Shown here: positions 1-7,667 of the stretch, piece after piece
Numbering within the stretch: the stretch's first letter is position 1
How the letters are laid out: each line of letters begins with the position of its first letter
Assembly: GCA_965198065.1 (NCBI GenBank)
Contig: CBDAON010000002.1
Coordinates: 1-16,997, forward strand
Length of the DNA: 16,997 nucleotides
Source of the DNA: Longimicrobiales bacterium
GTDB taxonomy: Bacteria; Gemmatimonadota; Gemmatimonadetes; Longimicrobiales; Gaopeijiaceae
Reading direction: 5' to 3'
Notes under the pieces: generated by a model
Database searches by the model: none
Told to the model about the DNA's origin: nothing
Seen by the model: only the letters and a program-made list of their open reading frames with translations
Made by a program: the position numbers and the translations under genes

Positions 1-301
1 TCGCGGCGAGCGCCTCCCGCACGACCGGAGCGAGTCGCTGAGGCACGCAGACGACTGCGCCGTCACCTCCGAACAGGTACGGCACCTCGACCGGACGGAC
101 CGCGTTCCGGGTCGCGGCGATCACCGAGACCCCGATCGTGTTCACTTCCTTGTAGCGCCCCTCACGGATAGCCCTGGTGGAGCTCACCACGTCCGCGGCC
201 ACGACAGCCTAGCCTGCGGGGAGTGGCGAGTAGCTATCGCGGAGGGCGAGGCTCTCGAACGCATCGACCGGCTGGATGGAGGGATAGAAGTCGTCTGTCA
301 T
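1..301 (-). pseudogene. DUF3095-family protein (nucleotidyl-cyclase-like motifs), 5' part, interrupted by an in-frame TAG; runs off the window start
   Basis: Manual translation from ATG 301: MTDDFYPSIQPVDAFESLALRDSYSPLPAG*AVVAADVVSSTRAIREGRYKEVNTIGVSVIAATRNAVRPVEVPYLFGGDGAVVCVP. This matches the recalled DUF3095 pattern (FY..Y.PLP..W.V...D.V.ST.AI..GRYK.VN..G...PF.FGGDGA). TAG at 211-209 falls on the conserved Trp. Confidence 0.8.
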
Positions 302-370
302 GAGCGCGGAGCGTAGAGGCGCGCCCGACCCTGCGGCAAGCTATCGGCCGGGCGGGTCGACGTCCTGCAG

Positions 371-406
371 CAGGGCCCCTCGCGCGACATCGCACGAGGG
401 GCCCTG
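371..406. terminator. GC-rich hairpin downstream of the NHL gene, possible terminator or mRNA-stabilising stem
   Basis: CAGGGCCCCTCG (371-382) pairs perfectly with CGAGGGGCCCTG (395-406), with further inner pairing GCGA/TCGC. No U-tract on the minus strand. Confidence 0.45.
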
Positions 407-438
407 TTCACGCCAGCCGCACAGAGCAGGCGTGGGAG

Positions 439-458
439 ATCAGGCTTCCGCGCCTGAT
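439..458. repeat. Short inverted repeat just 3' of the NHL gene stop
   Basis: ATCAGGC-ttccgc-GCCTGAT. Confidence 0.35.
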
Positions 459-468
459 GGCTCTCGGC

Positions 469-1629
469 CTACATGCCGACTGCGTACTTCGTGAACGCTC
501 CACCACCCGCGGGCCCTAACGAGCCCGGCCCCTCTGCCGCGAAAACGTTGCCGTCCTCATCGGCGGCCACGCCCTCGCCGGCATTGCCCTGGTAGGGTCG
601 GCCTTCGTGGGGCGGGATGAACGCCTCGATCACGTCCCGATCGATGTGCCCGATGCGCACGCCGTTCGACCAGTTCGCATGGTTGGTCGCGCCCGACTCG
701 GAGTCGATCGTGTACACCATGTCGGTCGTTTCGCTGATGAAGATGCCGCTGATGCGCCCATGCATGTAGCGCGATTCGAGATAGTTGCCGTCCTGGTCGA
801 AGATCTCGAGGCGATGGTTGCCACGGTCCGCGACCCAGAGGCGGCCCCGCGAGTCGAATTCGAGGGCGTGGGGTGTGCGGAACTCGCCATGCATCGTTCC
901 GATCTGTCCCCACTGCGTGATAAGCGTCCCGTCGGGCGCGTACTTCAGGATGCGGCCCGTCAAGCCGTTCGCGCGTGCTTCCTCGATCGCCTGGGTCGAC
1001 GTCTGGCCCTGACCGCCGTGGCCGTCGGCCACGTAGATGCTGCCGTCGGGTCCGACGATCACGTCGTTGGGCTGGTTCAGCTGGCCGGGGCCGCTACCCG
1101 GTTGGCCCGCGATGCCGAGGCTCATCAGAAGCTCGCCCTCCGGGCTGAACTTGTGGACCTGATGGCCCTTGGTGCCCTCGGCGTTTCCAGCAAAGTCGGT
1201 CGCCCAGATGTTGCCGTCGTTGTCCACGTGAATGCCGTGAGGCGTCACGAAGATTCCGGCACCGAAGTTGGCGAGCAACTCGCCGGTGTTCCGATCGAAC
1301 TTGAAGATCGGATCGACCGGGTTCGAGTCGCAGTTGACGCCCGGGCCTCCAGCCGAGCCGGAGGCGCACCGCTCGTACGCCACGACGTGCCCGTCGGTGG
1401 GGTCGATGTCGATGCCAGCCGTCGATCCCCACTCACGCCCTGCGGGAAGCTCTCCCCAGTTCGTGATCACCGTCGCCGACGGGTTCGGCAGCCCCTCGCC
1501 GGTGATCGGGTTTCCCATCGCCATCTCGTTCTGCATGGGGACCGGATCTCCGGCCTCCGTGGTGCATCCGGTAAACAGAACGGCGGCGCAAGCGATCAGC
1601 GCCGGGTTCAGAACGCGCGGGAGTTTCAT
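469..1629 (-). CDS. NHL-repeat beta-propeller lipoprotein (peptidyl-alpha-hydroxyglycine amidating lyase-like family)
   Basis: NHL repeats FVTPHGIHVDNDGNIWATD, LNQPNDVIVGPDGSIYVADG and FRTPHALEFDSRGRLWVADRGNHRLEIFDQDG. Start moved to ATG 1629 because of a GGAGG RBS and a signal peptide ending in a lipobox-like LFTGC. Confidence 0.85.
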   Translation of the reverse strand: MKLPRVLNPALIACAAVLFTGCTTEAGDPVPMQNEMAMGNPITGEGLPNPSATVITNWGELPAGREWGSTAGIDIDPTDGHVVAYERCASGSAGGPGVNCDSNPVDPIFKFDRNTGELLANFGAGIFVTPHGIHVDNDGNIWATDFAGNAEGTKGHQVHKFSPEGELLMSLGIAGQPGSGPGQLNQPNDVIVGPDGSIYVADGHGGQGQTSTQAIEEARANGLTGRILKYAPDGTLITQWGQIGTMHGEFRTPHALEFDSRGRLWVADRGNHRLEIFDQDGNYLESRYMHGRISGIFISETTDMVYTIDSESGATNHANWSNGVRIGHIDRDVIEAFIPPHEGRPYQGNAGEGVAADEDGNVFAAEGPGSLGPAGGGAFTKYAVGM

Positions 1630-1781
1630 TTGCAGCCCCTCCGCGAAAACGGTGAACGTGGCCGCACTGCGGCAGGCCCTCGGTGGCAACATTGGGGGAA
1701 CGGCCCGAGTTCGCCAGCCTCGCCTCCCTCGCGCCCCGAGTTTATCGGAGGCTCCAGGCCTCCCCGACGAGGTCTCACGCC

Positions 1782-1809
1782 CCGCTCCTCTTGACAGCTG
1801 GAGGAGCGG
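1782..1809. repeat. Inverted repeat in the divergent intergenic region
   Basis: CCGCTCCTC-ttgacagctg-GAGGAGCGG: 9-bp perfect stem with TTGACA in the loop. Confidence 0.4.
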
Positions 1810-1860
1810 CTCGTCAGACGCTACGGGCGGAGTAGGCCGCTCGACTCGAGCTCCGGCAGC

Positions 1861-1899
1861 TTGATGTGCCATCATGCTGTGTTATCATGAGGTTATGAT
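1861..1899 (+). promoter_or_regulatory. Sigma70-type promoter of the TA operon, overlapped by palindromic candidate antitoxin operators; probably leaderless
   Basis: TTGATG (1861-1866), 16 bp, TATCAT (1883-1888) with extended TGn; ATG 6 nt downstream at 1895. Palindromes TGATG-tgc-CATCA (1862-1874) and ATCAT-gaggtt-ATGAT (1884-1899). Confidence 0.55.
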
Positions 1900-2143
1900 T
1901 CGGACCCAGATTCAGCTGACCGAGGAGCAGAGGCGGAAGCTTCGCCGGGCCGCGCGGGATCAAGGCGTGTCCCTGGCGGAGATGGTCCGAAGGCTGATCG
2001 ACCGCGGGATGGAGCAGGAGGCGCCCGATCGGCGGGCCGCTTACGGTCGAGCGGCCGAGTCGCTCGGGAGATTTCGCGATCGCGAGGGGGCTGCGGACGC
2101 CGGTGTAAGGCACGACGACTACTTGGACGGTGCCTACGAGTGA
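1895..2143 (+). CDS. vapB: Ribbon-helix-helix (CopG-type) antitoxin, VapB-like
   Basis: MIRTQIQLTEEQRRKLRRAARDQGVSLAEMVRRLID is an RHH pattern; C-terminal HDDYL motif; GTGA overlap with the PIN gene. Confidence 0.85.
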   Translation: MIRTQIQLTEEQRRKLRRAARDQGVSLAEMVRRLIDRGMEQEAPDRRAAYGRAAESLGRFRDREGAADAGVRHDDYLDGAYE

Positions 2144-2541
2144 GCCGGGTATACGTGGACACCTCGGCGGCGTATTCGCTGCTTGTGGCGACCGATGAGA
2201 ATCACAGCCGGGCGGTCGACGCCTTTCGGGCTCTCGAGGCCCGGACCGCCCCGCTGGCGACCAGCTCGTACGTTCTGGTCGAGACCTACGCCCTCCTAAG
2301 TCGACGTGTAGGCCTCGACGCCGTCGCAGCGTTTCGCGACGACATCCAACCTCTGCTCGAGACAACCTGGGTCGAGCGGGACCTGCACGAGCGGGGACTC
2401 GACCTTCTAGTCGCCAGGGGTCGAACGACGCTCAGCCTCGTTGACGCCACATCCTTCGTCCTGATGCGTGACGAGGGCATAGACGAGGCGTTCGCCTACG
2501 ATAGCCACTTCCGGAAGGAAGGTTTCACGGTAATCGGGTGA
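2140..2541 (+). CDS. vapC: PIN-domain toxin, VapC family
   Basis: VYVDTSA, YVLVETYALL, LSLVDATSF and AFAYDSHF carry the acidic PIN catalytic residues; translationally coupled to the antitoxin. Confidence 0.9.
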   Translation: MSRVYVDTSAAYSLLVATDENHSRAVDAFRALEARTAPLATSSYVLVETYALLSRRVGLDAVAAFRDDIQPLLETTWVERDLHERGLDLLVARGRTTLSLVDATSFVLMRDEGIDEAFAYDSHFRKEGFTVIG

Positions 2542-2546
2542 GCGGG

Positions 2547-2833
2547 CTAGGCTTCCGATTTCAGCGCCTCGATCGGCTGGATGCCGAGAGCCTGCCGCGC
2601 CGGCACGACGCAGCCGAGCGCGCAGACGGCGAGCATGATGGCCGCGTAGGCCGCGATCAGGGCGGCCTCAGTCACGCTTGGGACACCGCCCAGGACGAGC
2701 GGCGAGAGCGCGGCCACGAGGACAGCGCCTACTCCGATGCCGGCACCGATCTGTATCATCGGGCGACCGAAGATCGCGGGGAGAATGCTCCACGTCAGAG
2801 GGAGAGGAGGCGGGAGAAGAGGCGCGAGATCAT
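2547..2833 (-). pseudogene. ABC/FtsX-type (ADOP-like) permease relic with a large internal deletion and a nonsense codon
   Basis: ATG 2833 gives MISRLFSRLLSL*RG (TGA at 2797-2795, probable Trp). It is joined out of frame to the permease C-terminus ILPAIFGRPMIQIGAGIGVG...VVPARQALGIQPIEALKSEA. Lies directly downstream of padR. Confidence 0.75.
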
Positions 2834-2884
2834 CTCGGCTCCCACGCGTCGACCACACCGGCGCGTGCTCGGTTGCCCATCACC

Positions 2885-3226
2885 CTAACACTCCTGCGGT
2901 GTGGCCGAGAGGGCGCGCGTAATCGCCTGGGCGAGCTGGTTCCAGCTCGCGACCTCCTCGCCCAGCCGGCGGCGCCCGGCGGCCGTGAGCCGGTAGTACT
3001 TGGCGCGCCGGTTGTTCTCGGACGTTCCCCATTCGCTCTTGATTAGCCCCCGGTGCTCGAGGCGATAGAGCGCTGGGTAGAGCGCCCCCTGCTGGATCCG
3101 AAGCGCACCGCCCGAGATCTGCTCGATCCGCAGGAGCACCCCGTACCCGTGGAGTTTCCCGAGCGAGACCGCTTTCAGGATGAGGAGGTCCAGGGTGCCG
3201 GGAAGAATTCCTGCCGGCTCGGTCAT
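2885..3226 (-). CDS. padR: PadR-family transcriptional regulator (acidobacterial subfamily typically paired with ADOP permeases)
   Basis: GTLDLLILK, HGYG, GALYPALYRLE and WGTSENNRRAKYYRLT motifs; AGGAGG RBS. Confidence 0.93.
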   Translation of the reverse strand: MTEPAGILPGTLDLLILKAVSLGKLHGYGVLLRIEQISGGALRIQQGALYPALYRLEHRGLIKSEWGTSENNRRAKYYRLTAAGRRRLGEEVASWNQLAQAITRALSATPQEC

Positions 3227-3231
3227 CGTCC

Positions 3232-3282
3232 CTCCTAGAATGATTAGGAGAGTCTAGCGCGTTCTCCTAACCTGTCAAGGAG
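3232..3282 (-). promoter_or_regulatory. padR sigma70 promoter with two tandem palindromic candidate operators
   Basis: Minus strand TTGACA (3278-3273), 16 bp, TAGACT (3256-3251). Palindromes CTCCTA-N7-TAGGAG (3232-3250) and CTCCTA-N7-AAGGAG (3264-3282). Confidence 0.75.
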
Positions 3283-3321
3283 AGAGGGTGGGCGAAGGGT
3301 CGTCGTAGACCCGGCCCCCGA

Positions 3322-3483
3322 GTCTTCCGTGCATCGCGGCTGTAGGGCTCCACGGCCTACCAGTTGGGCTGGTTCGACGCGCACATACGGGCGCTCGCGG
3401 AGCTCCACGGGCTTGAGGAGCTAGTTTCAGAGGACGCCCAGCACGGGTGCATGTACGGCACCGTGCGAGCCCGAAATCTGTTT
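3322..3483 (+). pseudogene. Degenerate C-terminal remnant of a second PIN/VapC toxin
   Basis: VFRASRL*GSTAYQLGWFDAHIRALAELHGLEELVSEDAQHGCMYGTVRARNLF resembles the PIN C-terminus (YQLSWFDA.LWA.AE..G..E..SEDFQHG..YG.VR..NPF). No N-terminal half; TAG at 3343-3345. Confidence 0.65.
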
Positions 3484-3548
3484 GCATGGCGATTCGAGCC
3501 GACCGGAGCCTCGCGCGTTCACCGCGCACTTTCACCGAACGTTTTCAC

Positions 3549-4688
3549 ATGGAGACCCGCGTGCTTGAGCCCGAACAGATGCAGCCCGATTCCTGGGTCG
3601 TGACAGGCGGAAGGCCCCATGAGCCCGGAGCTCCCCTGAACGTGCCCATCGTTCCGGCCTCGAACTTCGCGTACGGCATGCCTCGCACGTACGCGCGCGA
3701 GCATCCCACTCCGACGGTAGAGGCCTTCGAGGAGCTGGTGGGCGGCCTCGAGGGCGGCACGGCGGTCGCCTTCGCTTCGGGGATGGGCGCCGCGCTGGCC
3801 GTGCTCATGAGCACTCCACCTTCGGCGGACGTGGTTCTGGCAGAAGGATGCTACCAGGGGGTCAAGGGTCTCGCCCGCGGCGGAGAGCGAAAGGGTCGAT
3901 GGCGGGTTCGAACGATCGACCCGGCGGACACTGAGGCGATGGCGCGGGCGGCGGGCGAGGCCGACCTGCTCTGGCTCGAGTCGGTGTCGAACCCCCTTCT
4001 CGCGGTCGCCGAGCTGCCGGCGATCTGCGCTGCCCCCCGGAAGCCGGAGTGCGTGATTGTCGTGGACAACACGCTGCCCACCTCGTTCGGGTGCCGGCCC
4101 CTGGAGGTCGGAGCCGACCTCGTCGTGCACTCCGCCTCCAAATTCCTTGGAGGCCACAGCGACCTGCTCGCGGGTGTCGTGGTGGCGGCCGACAGCGGCC
4201 TCGCTAACGAGATCCAGAATCTCAGGATGGTCGGAGGCGCGGTTATGGGTGCGCTCGAGGCCTACCTGGCGGCACGGGGAGTCCGCACGCTGGCCCTTCG
4301 CATGGAGCGCTCGCAGAGCAACGCGGCCACGCTCGCGGAGCGTCTGGACGCGCACGACGAGGTGGACGTCGTTCGGTTCCCGGGCCTCCCATCTCACGGG
4401 ACCCACGAGGTCGCGAAGCGGGTCCTCCACGGTTACGGGGCGATGATCTCGTTCGACGTGACCGGAGACGCGGCGCGGGCGGACGCGGTCTGCACCTCGC
4501 TTCAGATCGTGCGCCACACGACCAGCCTGGGTGGGGTGGAGTCCACGATCGAGCGGAGGGCTGCCGTCCCCGGGCAGGGCCATCTCCCCCCGACCCTGCT
4601 CCGCCTGAGCGTGGGGTGCGAGAACGTCGAGGACATTTGGAAGGACCTGGATCGGGCGCTCCATGCGGCCCGCGCGCCCGGTGAGTGA
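3549..4688 (+). CDS. PLP-dependent trans-sulfuration enzyme (cystathionine gamma-synthase/lyase family)
   Basis: FASGMGA, LWLESVSNPLL, VVDNT, PLP-lysine motif VVHSASKFLGGHSDLLAG, SLGGVES and LLRLSVGCE. Start ATG 3549 (alternative 3579). Confidence 0.9.
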   Translation: METRVLEPEQMQPDSWVVTGGRPHEPGAPLNVPIVPASNFAYGMPRTYAREHPTPTVEAFEELVGGLEGGTAVAFASGMGAALAVLMSTPPSADVVLAEGCYQGVKGLARGGERKGRWRVRTIDPADTEAMARAAGEADLLWLESVSNPLLAVAELPAICAAPRKPECVIVVDNTLPTSFGCRPLEVGADLVVHSASKFLGGHSDLLAGVVVAADSGLANEIQNLRMVGGAVMGALEAYLAARGVRTLALRMERSQSNAATLAERLDAHDEVDVVRFPGLPSHGTHEVAKRVLHGYGAMISFDVTGDAARADAVCTSLQIVRHTTSLGGVESTIERRAAVPGQGHLPPTLLRLSVGCENVEDIWKDLDRALHAARAPGE

Positions 4689-4754
4689 GGCCGGAGAGAA
4701 CCTGACCGCGAGGAGATGATCTGCGATGGCGAACCCGGCGACGCAAGGCGCACT

Positions 4755-4979
4755 TCAGCTCGCGCGGGTGCTGGCCCTGGCGCTCGTGACCGGCGCTAGC
4801 GCCAGCTCCCCGATCTCGGCCGGGTCGAGAGGGAACGGGATGGGGAAGTCCACCTCGTGGGCCGTGTACGTCTGCGCCAGGATCCGGCCTGCGTTGATCG
4901 AGGTCCAGGCGTACCCGCCGGCGCCGATCAGGATCACGACCGCGATGAGGAGCAGGCCGATCTTCAAGACTAGCTTCAT
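4755..4979 (-). pseudogene. Membrane-anchored protein stub, probably the truncated N-terminus of a c-type cytochrome
   Basis: GGAGG RBS and an N-terminal TM helix, then ILAQTYTAHEVDFPIPFPL, recalled as the segment preceding the CxxCH domain in a cytochrome c family. No CxxCH follows before the convergent gene. Confidence 0.4.
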
Positions 4980-5071
4980 GCGATCCTCCGTTCAGGTTGG
5001 CCAGGCCGGTCGTGGACCCGCGGCCTCGCTCATCGTCCGTGTCACGAATCTCGTGCGGCACGATGTTCGTG

Positions 5072-5824
5072 TCAGCGAGGCCTTGCTCGATACGTCTCCT
5101 CGTAGAGCTTGGCCTCCGTGAGAAAAAAGTAGTACGAGTCCACCACGGCCTTGATGAAGCCGCGCCATCCGGCGAGGAACATGCGGCGGAGGAGGTAGAA
5201 CTTGAGGAAGGTGAGCGGGAGCGTGAACAGGAGCCTCGCCCGGTTGAGCCCGCGGCCGTCCCGCTTCCGCTGCACGGCCTTGAGCCGGGAGTATTGGTTC
5301 AGCTTTTCCACCAAGTCGTGCACGGCGTCGTACCCGTAGTGCGAGAACGTGACGGGAAGGCGATCGAGCGGCCCCTTCACATGGACGCGCTCGTGCACCT
5401 CCATCCCCTCGTCGAATCGGGCTCTGTCTCGTCGGTACACGCGCAAGTGGCGAAGTCGCTTCACGCCCAGCATGGGCCGACCCATGAAGGTGTCGTCGCG
5501 CAGGAGGTAGAGGCCGTTTACGTTCCCTCGGTCGATCCTCAGGCGGATCGCCTCCACGGTCCGGGGGGGGAGCACCTCGTCCGAGTCCAGATTGAGAACC
5601 CATTCGCTCCGGCACTGCCGGAGGGCAAAGGCCTTCTGCCGTGCGTACCCGAGCCACTCCTGATGGACGACGCGAGCGCCATGGCGTCGGGCAATCTCGA
5701 GCGTGCCGTCCGAGGAGCCGGAGTCCACGACCAGGATCTCGTCCACGCCGGCCACGGAGCCCAACACCTCGTCCAGGTGGCGCTCCGCGTTGCGTGTGAT
5801 CAGATAGGCGGTAATCGTTGGCAT
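5072..5824 (-). CDS. GT2 glycosyltransferase, LPS beta-1,4-glucosyltransferase (KdtX/WaaE)-like
   Basis: ITAYLITRNAERHL, EILVVDSGSSDGT, WLGYARQK, WVLNLDSDE, VHE and FLKFY..RR.FLAGWRGF. Alternative start ATG 5854. Confidence 0.88.
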   Translation of the reverse strand: MPTITAYLITRNAERHLDEVLGSVAGVDEILVVDSGSSDGTLEIARRHGARVVHQEWLGYARQKAFALRQCRSEWVLNLDSDEVLPPRTVEAIRLRIDRGNVNGLYLLRDDTFMGRPMLGVKRLRHLRVYRRDRARFDEGMEVHERVHVKGPLDRLPVTFSHYGYDAVHDLVEKLNQYSRLKAVQRKRDGRGLNRARLLFTLPLTFLKFYLLRRMFLAGWRGFIKAVVDSYYFFLTEAKLYEETYRARPR

Positions 5825-5852
5825 CCCGATATCCACGGCTTGGGGCCGACTC

Positions 5853-6923
5853 ATGGTGGACCTTGAAAAGACGCCGCTGAACGACGTCCTGATCGTGATG
5901 ATGAGCGCGATCGGGGACGCCGTCCACGTTCTCCCTGTCGTTTCGGCGCTGAAGCGACACTCGCCCGAGTGTCGAATCACGTGGGTGCTCCAGCCCGGCC
6001 CCGCCGGCCTCGTGCACGGTCACCCCCTCGTGGACGAGATCCTCACCTTCCACCGCAGTCGGGGGCTCTCGGCGTTTCGCGACGTCCTTCGGGAGCTCCG
6101 CGAGCGGCGCTTCGACGTCCTGCTCGCGCTCCAGGTCTCGTTCAAGGCGGGCGTGATCGTGGGCTTCTCGGACGTTCCGGTTCGCCTGGGCTTCGACTGG
6201 CGGCGCTCCCGCGATCTGAACTTCCTCTTCACCAACCGGCGGGTCCGGGCACGGCGGGATCAGCACGTTCAGGACCAATACTTCGAGTTCCTCAGGGCGC
6301 TGGGGGTGCCCGATTGGCCGGTCGAGTGGGAGCTCGGGCCGTGGCCCGCGGAGCGGCCGGCGCAGGAGCAGTTTTACTCGCAGCTCAACCGACCCGCGGC
6401 GCCCCTCGTCATCGCGACGAGCAACCCGGAGAAGGACTGGATCCCCGAGCGATGGGCGGATCTGTGCGAGGTGCTCTACGACGACTTCGGGCTGCAGCCG
6501 GTGGTCGTGGGAGGCCGCTCCCCGCGGGAGCTCGAGACCGAGGCGGTGATCCGTCGGCGTGCTCGCGTTCCCGTGATCTCCACGCTGGGAATCCCGCTCC
6601 GGGAGCTTGTGGGGGTGCTGGATGGCGCGGCCGTCGTGGTCTCGCTCGACACGGGCCCGATGCACATGTCCGTGGCGCTCGGGCGGCCCGTCATCGCGCT
6701 CATGGGCTACAACAACCCCAAGCGTGTGGGCCCCTACCGCCGCTTCCGGGACCTGGTGGTGGACGCCTACGGGGATCCGGGCGAGGACTATCGGATCACC
6801 CGAGCGTCACGGAAAGCTCGGATGCCCAGGATCGCCCTGGAGGACGTGGTGACGAAGCTACGGCTATGGCAGGAGAAGTACCGCGTCGAGTACGGTGCGG
6901 GGCTCGGCGGGAAGCGCGCCTGA
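5853..6923 (+). CDS. GT9 ADP-heptose:LPS heptosyltransferase family protein
   Basis: LIVMMSAIGDAVHVLP, ITWV, KDWIPERW and VVSLDTGPMHMSVALGRPVIALMG. Confidence 0.92.
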   Translation: MVDLEKTPLNDVLIVMMSAIGDAVHVLPVVSALKRHSPECRITWVLQPGPAGLVHGHPLVDEILTFHRSRGLSAFRDVLRELRERRFDVLLALQVSFKAGVIVGFSDVPVRLGFDWRRSRDLNFLFTNRRVRARRDQHVQDQYFEFLRALGVPDWPVEWELGPWPAERPAQEQFYSQLNRPAAPLVIATSNPEKDWIPERWADLCEVLYDDFGLQPVVVGGRSPRELETEAVIRRRARVPVISTLGIPLRELVGVLDGAAVVVSLDTGPMHMSVALGRPVIALMGYNNPKRVGPYRRFRDLVVDAYGDPGEDYRITRASRKARMPRIALEDVVTKLRLWQEKYRVEYGAGLGGKRA

Positions 6924-7018
6924 CCCGGGCGTGACGCAACGGAGCCTGCTCGTCGCGGGTCACTCCGCCGTGCCGGACGCATCTGCCGACCCCGGCCCAC
7001 GCGCGCCGATGCGGCGGG

Positions 7019-7306
7019 TCAGCCGGGCCCCTTTGGGGACTCCTTCGATTGATACTGCGGGTCGTTGTACATCTTGAACTGGCGATACACCTTGGGGACC
7101 ACCCGGCCCACCGCGACGTCCGCAAACAAACGCGTGAGCTCCTCCGCCAGGTCGTCCCGCTGCAGCTCCAGGACCTCGAGCCGGCCGCGGCACTGCACGC
7201 GGAAGTCCTCCGTCGCCTCCTCGCGCTCCGTCTGCTCCCGCATATGATAGATCTTGAGCTCGACGATGGAGAGCTTGTCCACGAGCGATCCGACCGTCTC
7301 AGCCAC
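7019..7306 (-). CDS. DUF4254-family protein, C-terminal-half subunit
   Basis: ETVGSLVDKLSIVELKIYHMREQ...C..RL.VL..QR.DL...KVYRQFKMYNDP matches the recalled DUF4254 C-terminal half. Has its own GGAGG/GAAGG RBS and a GTG start overlapping the upstream gene end. Confidence 0.82.
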   Translation of the reverse strand: MAETVGSLVDKLSIVELKIYHMREQTEREEATEDFRVQCRGRLEVLELQRDDLAEELTRLFADVAVGRVVPKVYRQFKMYNDPQYQSKESPKGPG

Positions 7307-7520
7307 TTGAGCCTTCCTCCCGAACCCTTCTGATCGTGCCCGTCACAGCCTCGTCGATCCGCTCGATCAGGTCGTTTCGCCGCTGGTTAAGCTTGTCGAT
7401 CCGGCGCTTCGCGGCGGCCACGCGGCGGTCGTCGTCCACCCTGGCTTCGTCTTCCGCGTGCCAGAGCTCGGTATTCACCGTCGACAGCTCAGCTACGAGC
7501 CCCCCGATCGATGGGTCCAT
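7299..7520 (-). CDS. DUF4254-family protein, N-terminal-half subunit (73 aa)
   Basis: MDPSIGGLVAELSTVNTELWHAEDEAR...KRRIDKLNQRRNDLIERID carries the WH.ED..R and KR.ID..NQ.R.D motifs. GAGG RBS before ATG 7520; it is the 3' end of track ORF 7299..8372. Confidence 0.8.
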   Translation of the reverse strand: MDPSIGGLVAELSTVNTELWHAEDEARVDDDRRVAAAKRRIDKLNQRRNDLIERIDEAVTGTIRRVREEGSSG

Positions 7521-7667
7521 GACCTCGCTCGCGTTCCGGGTGGTGGAAGAGGTGGAATATGCCCGGGGCCGACGGGAGCGTCCAGCGATCGCGATTGTCC
7601 TCGCTGGCGCCGTCGTCACCCCCTTCGGCGGCGCCATCGCTCTTGCCGGTGCTTGGGGCCGGGGGCT

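Noticed and set aside
1630..1875. 82-aa N-terminal extension of the NHL protein
   Set aside because: The RBS and lipoprotein signal point to ATG 1629; the extension is low-complexity and runs into the vapB promoter.
1782..3483. TA-padR segment as a mobile element
   Set aside because: No transposase, integrase, terminal repeats or target duplication were seen.
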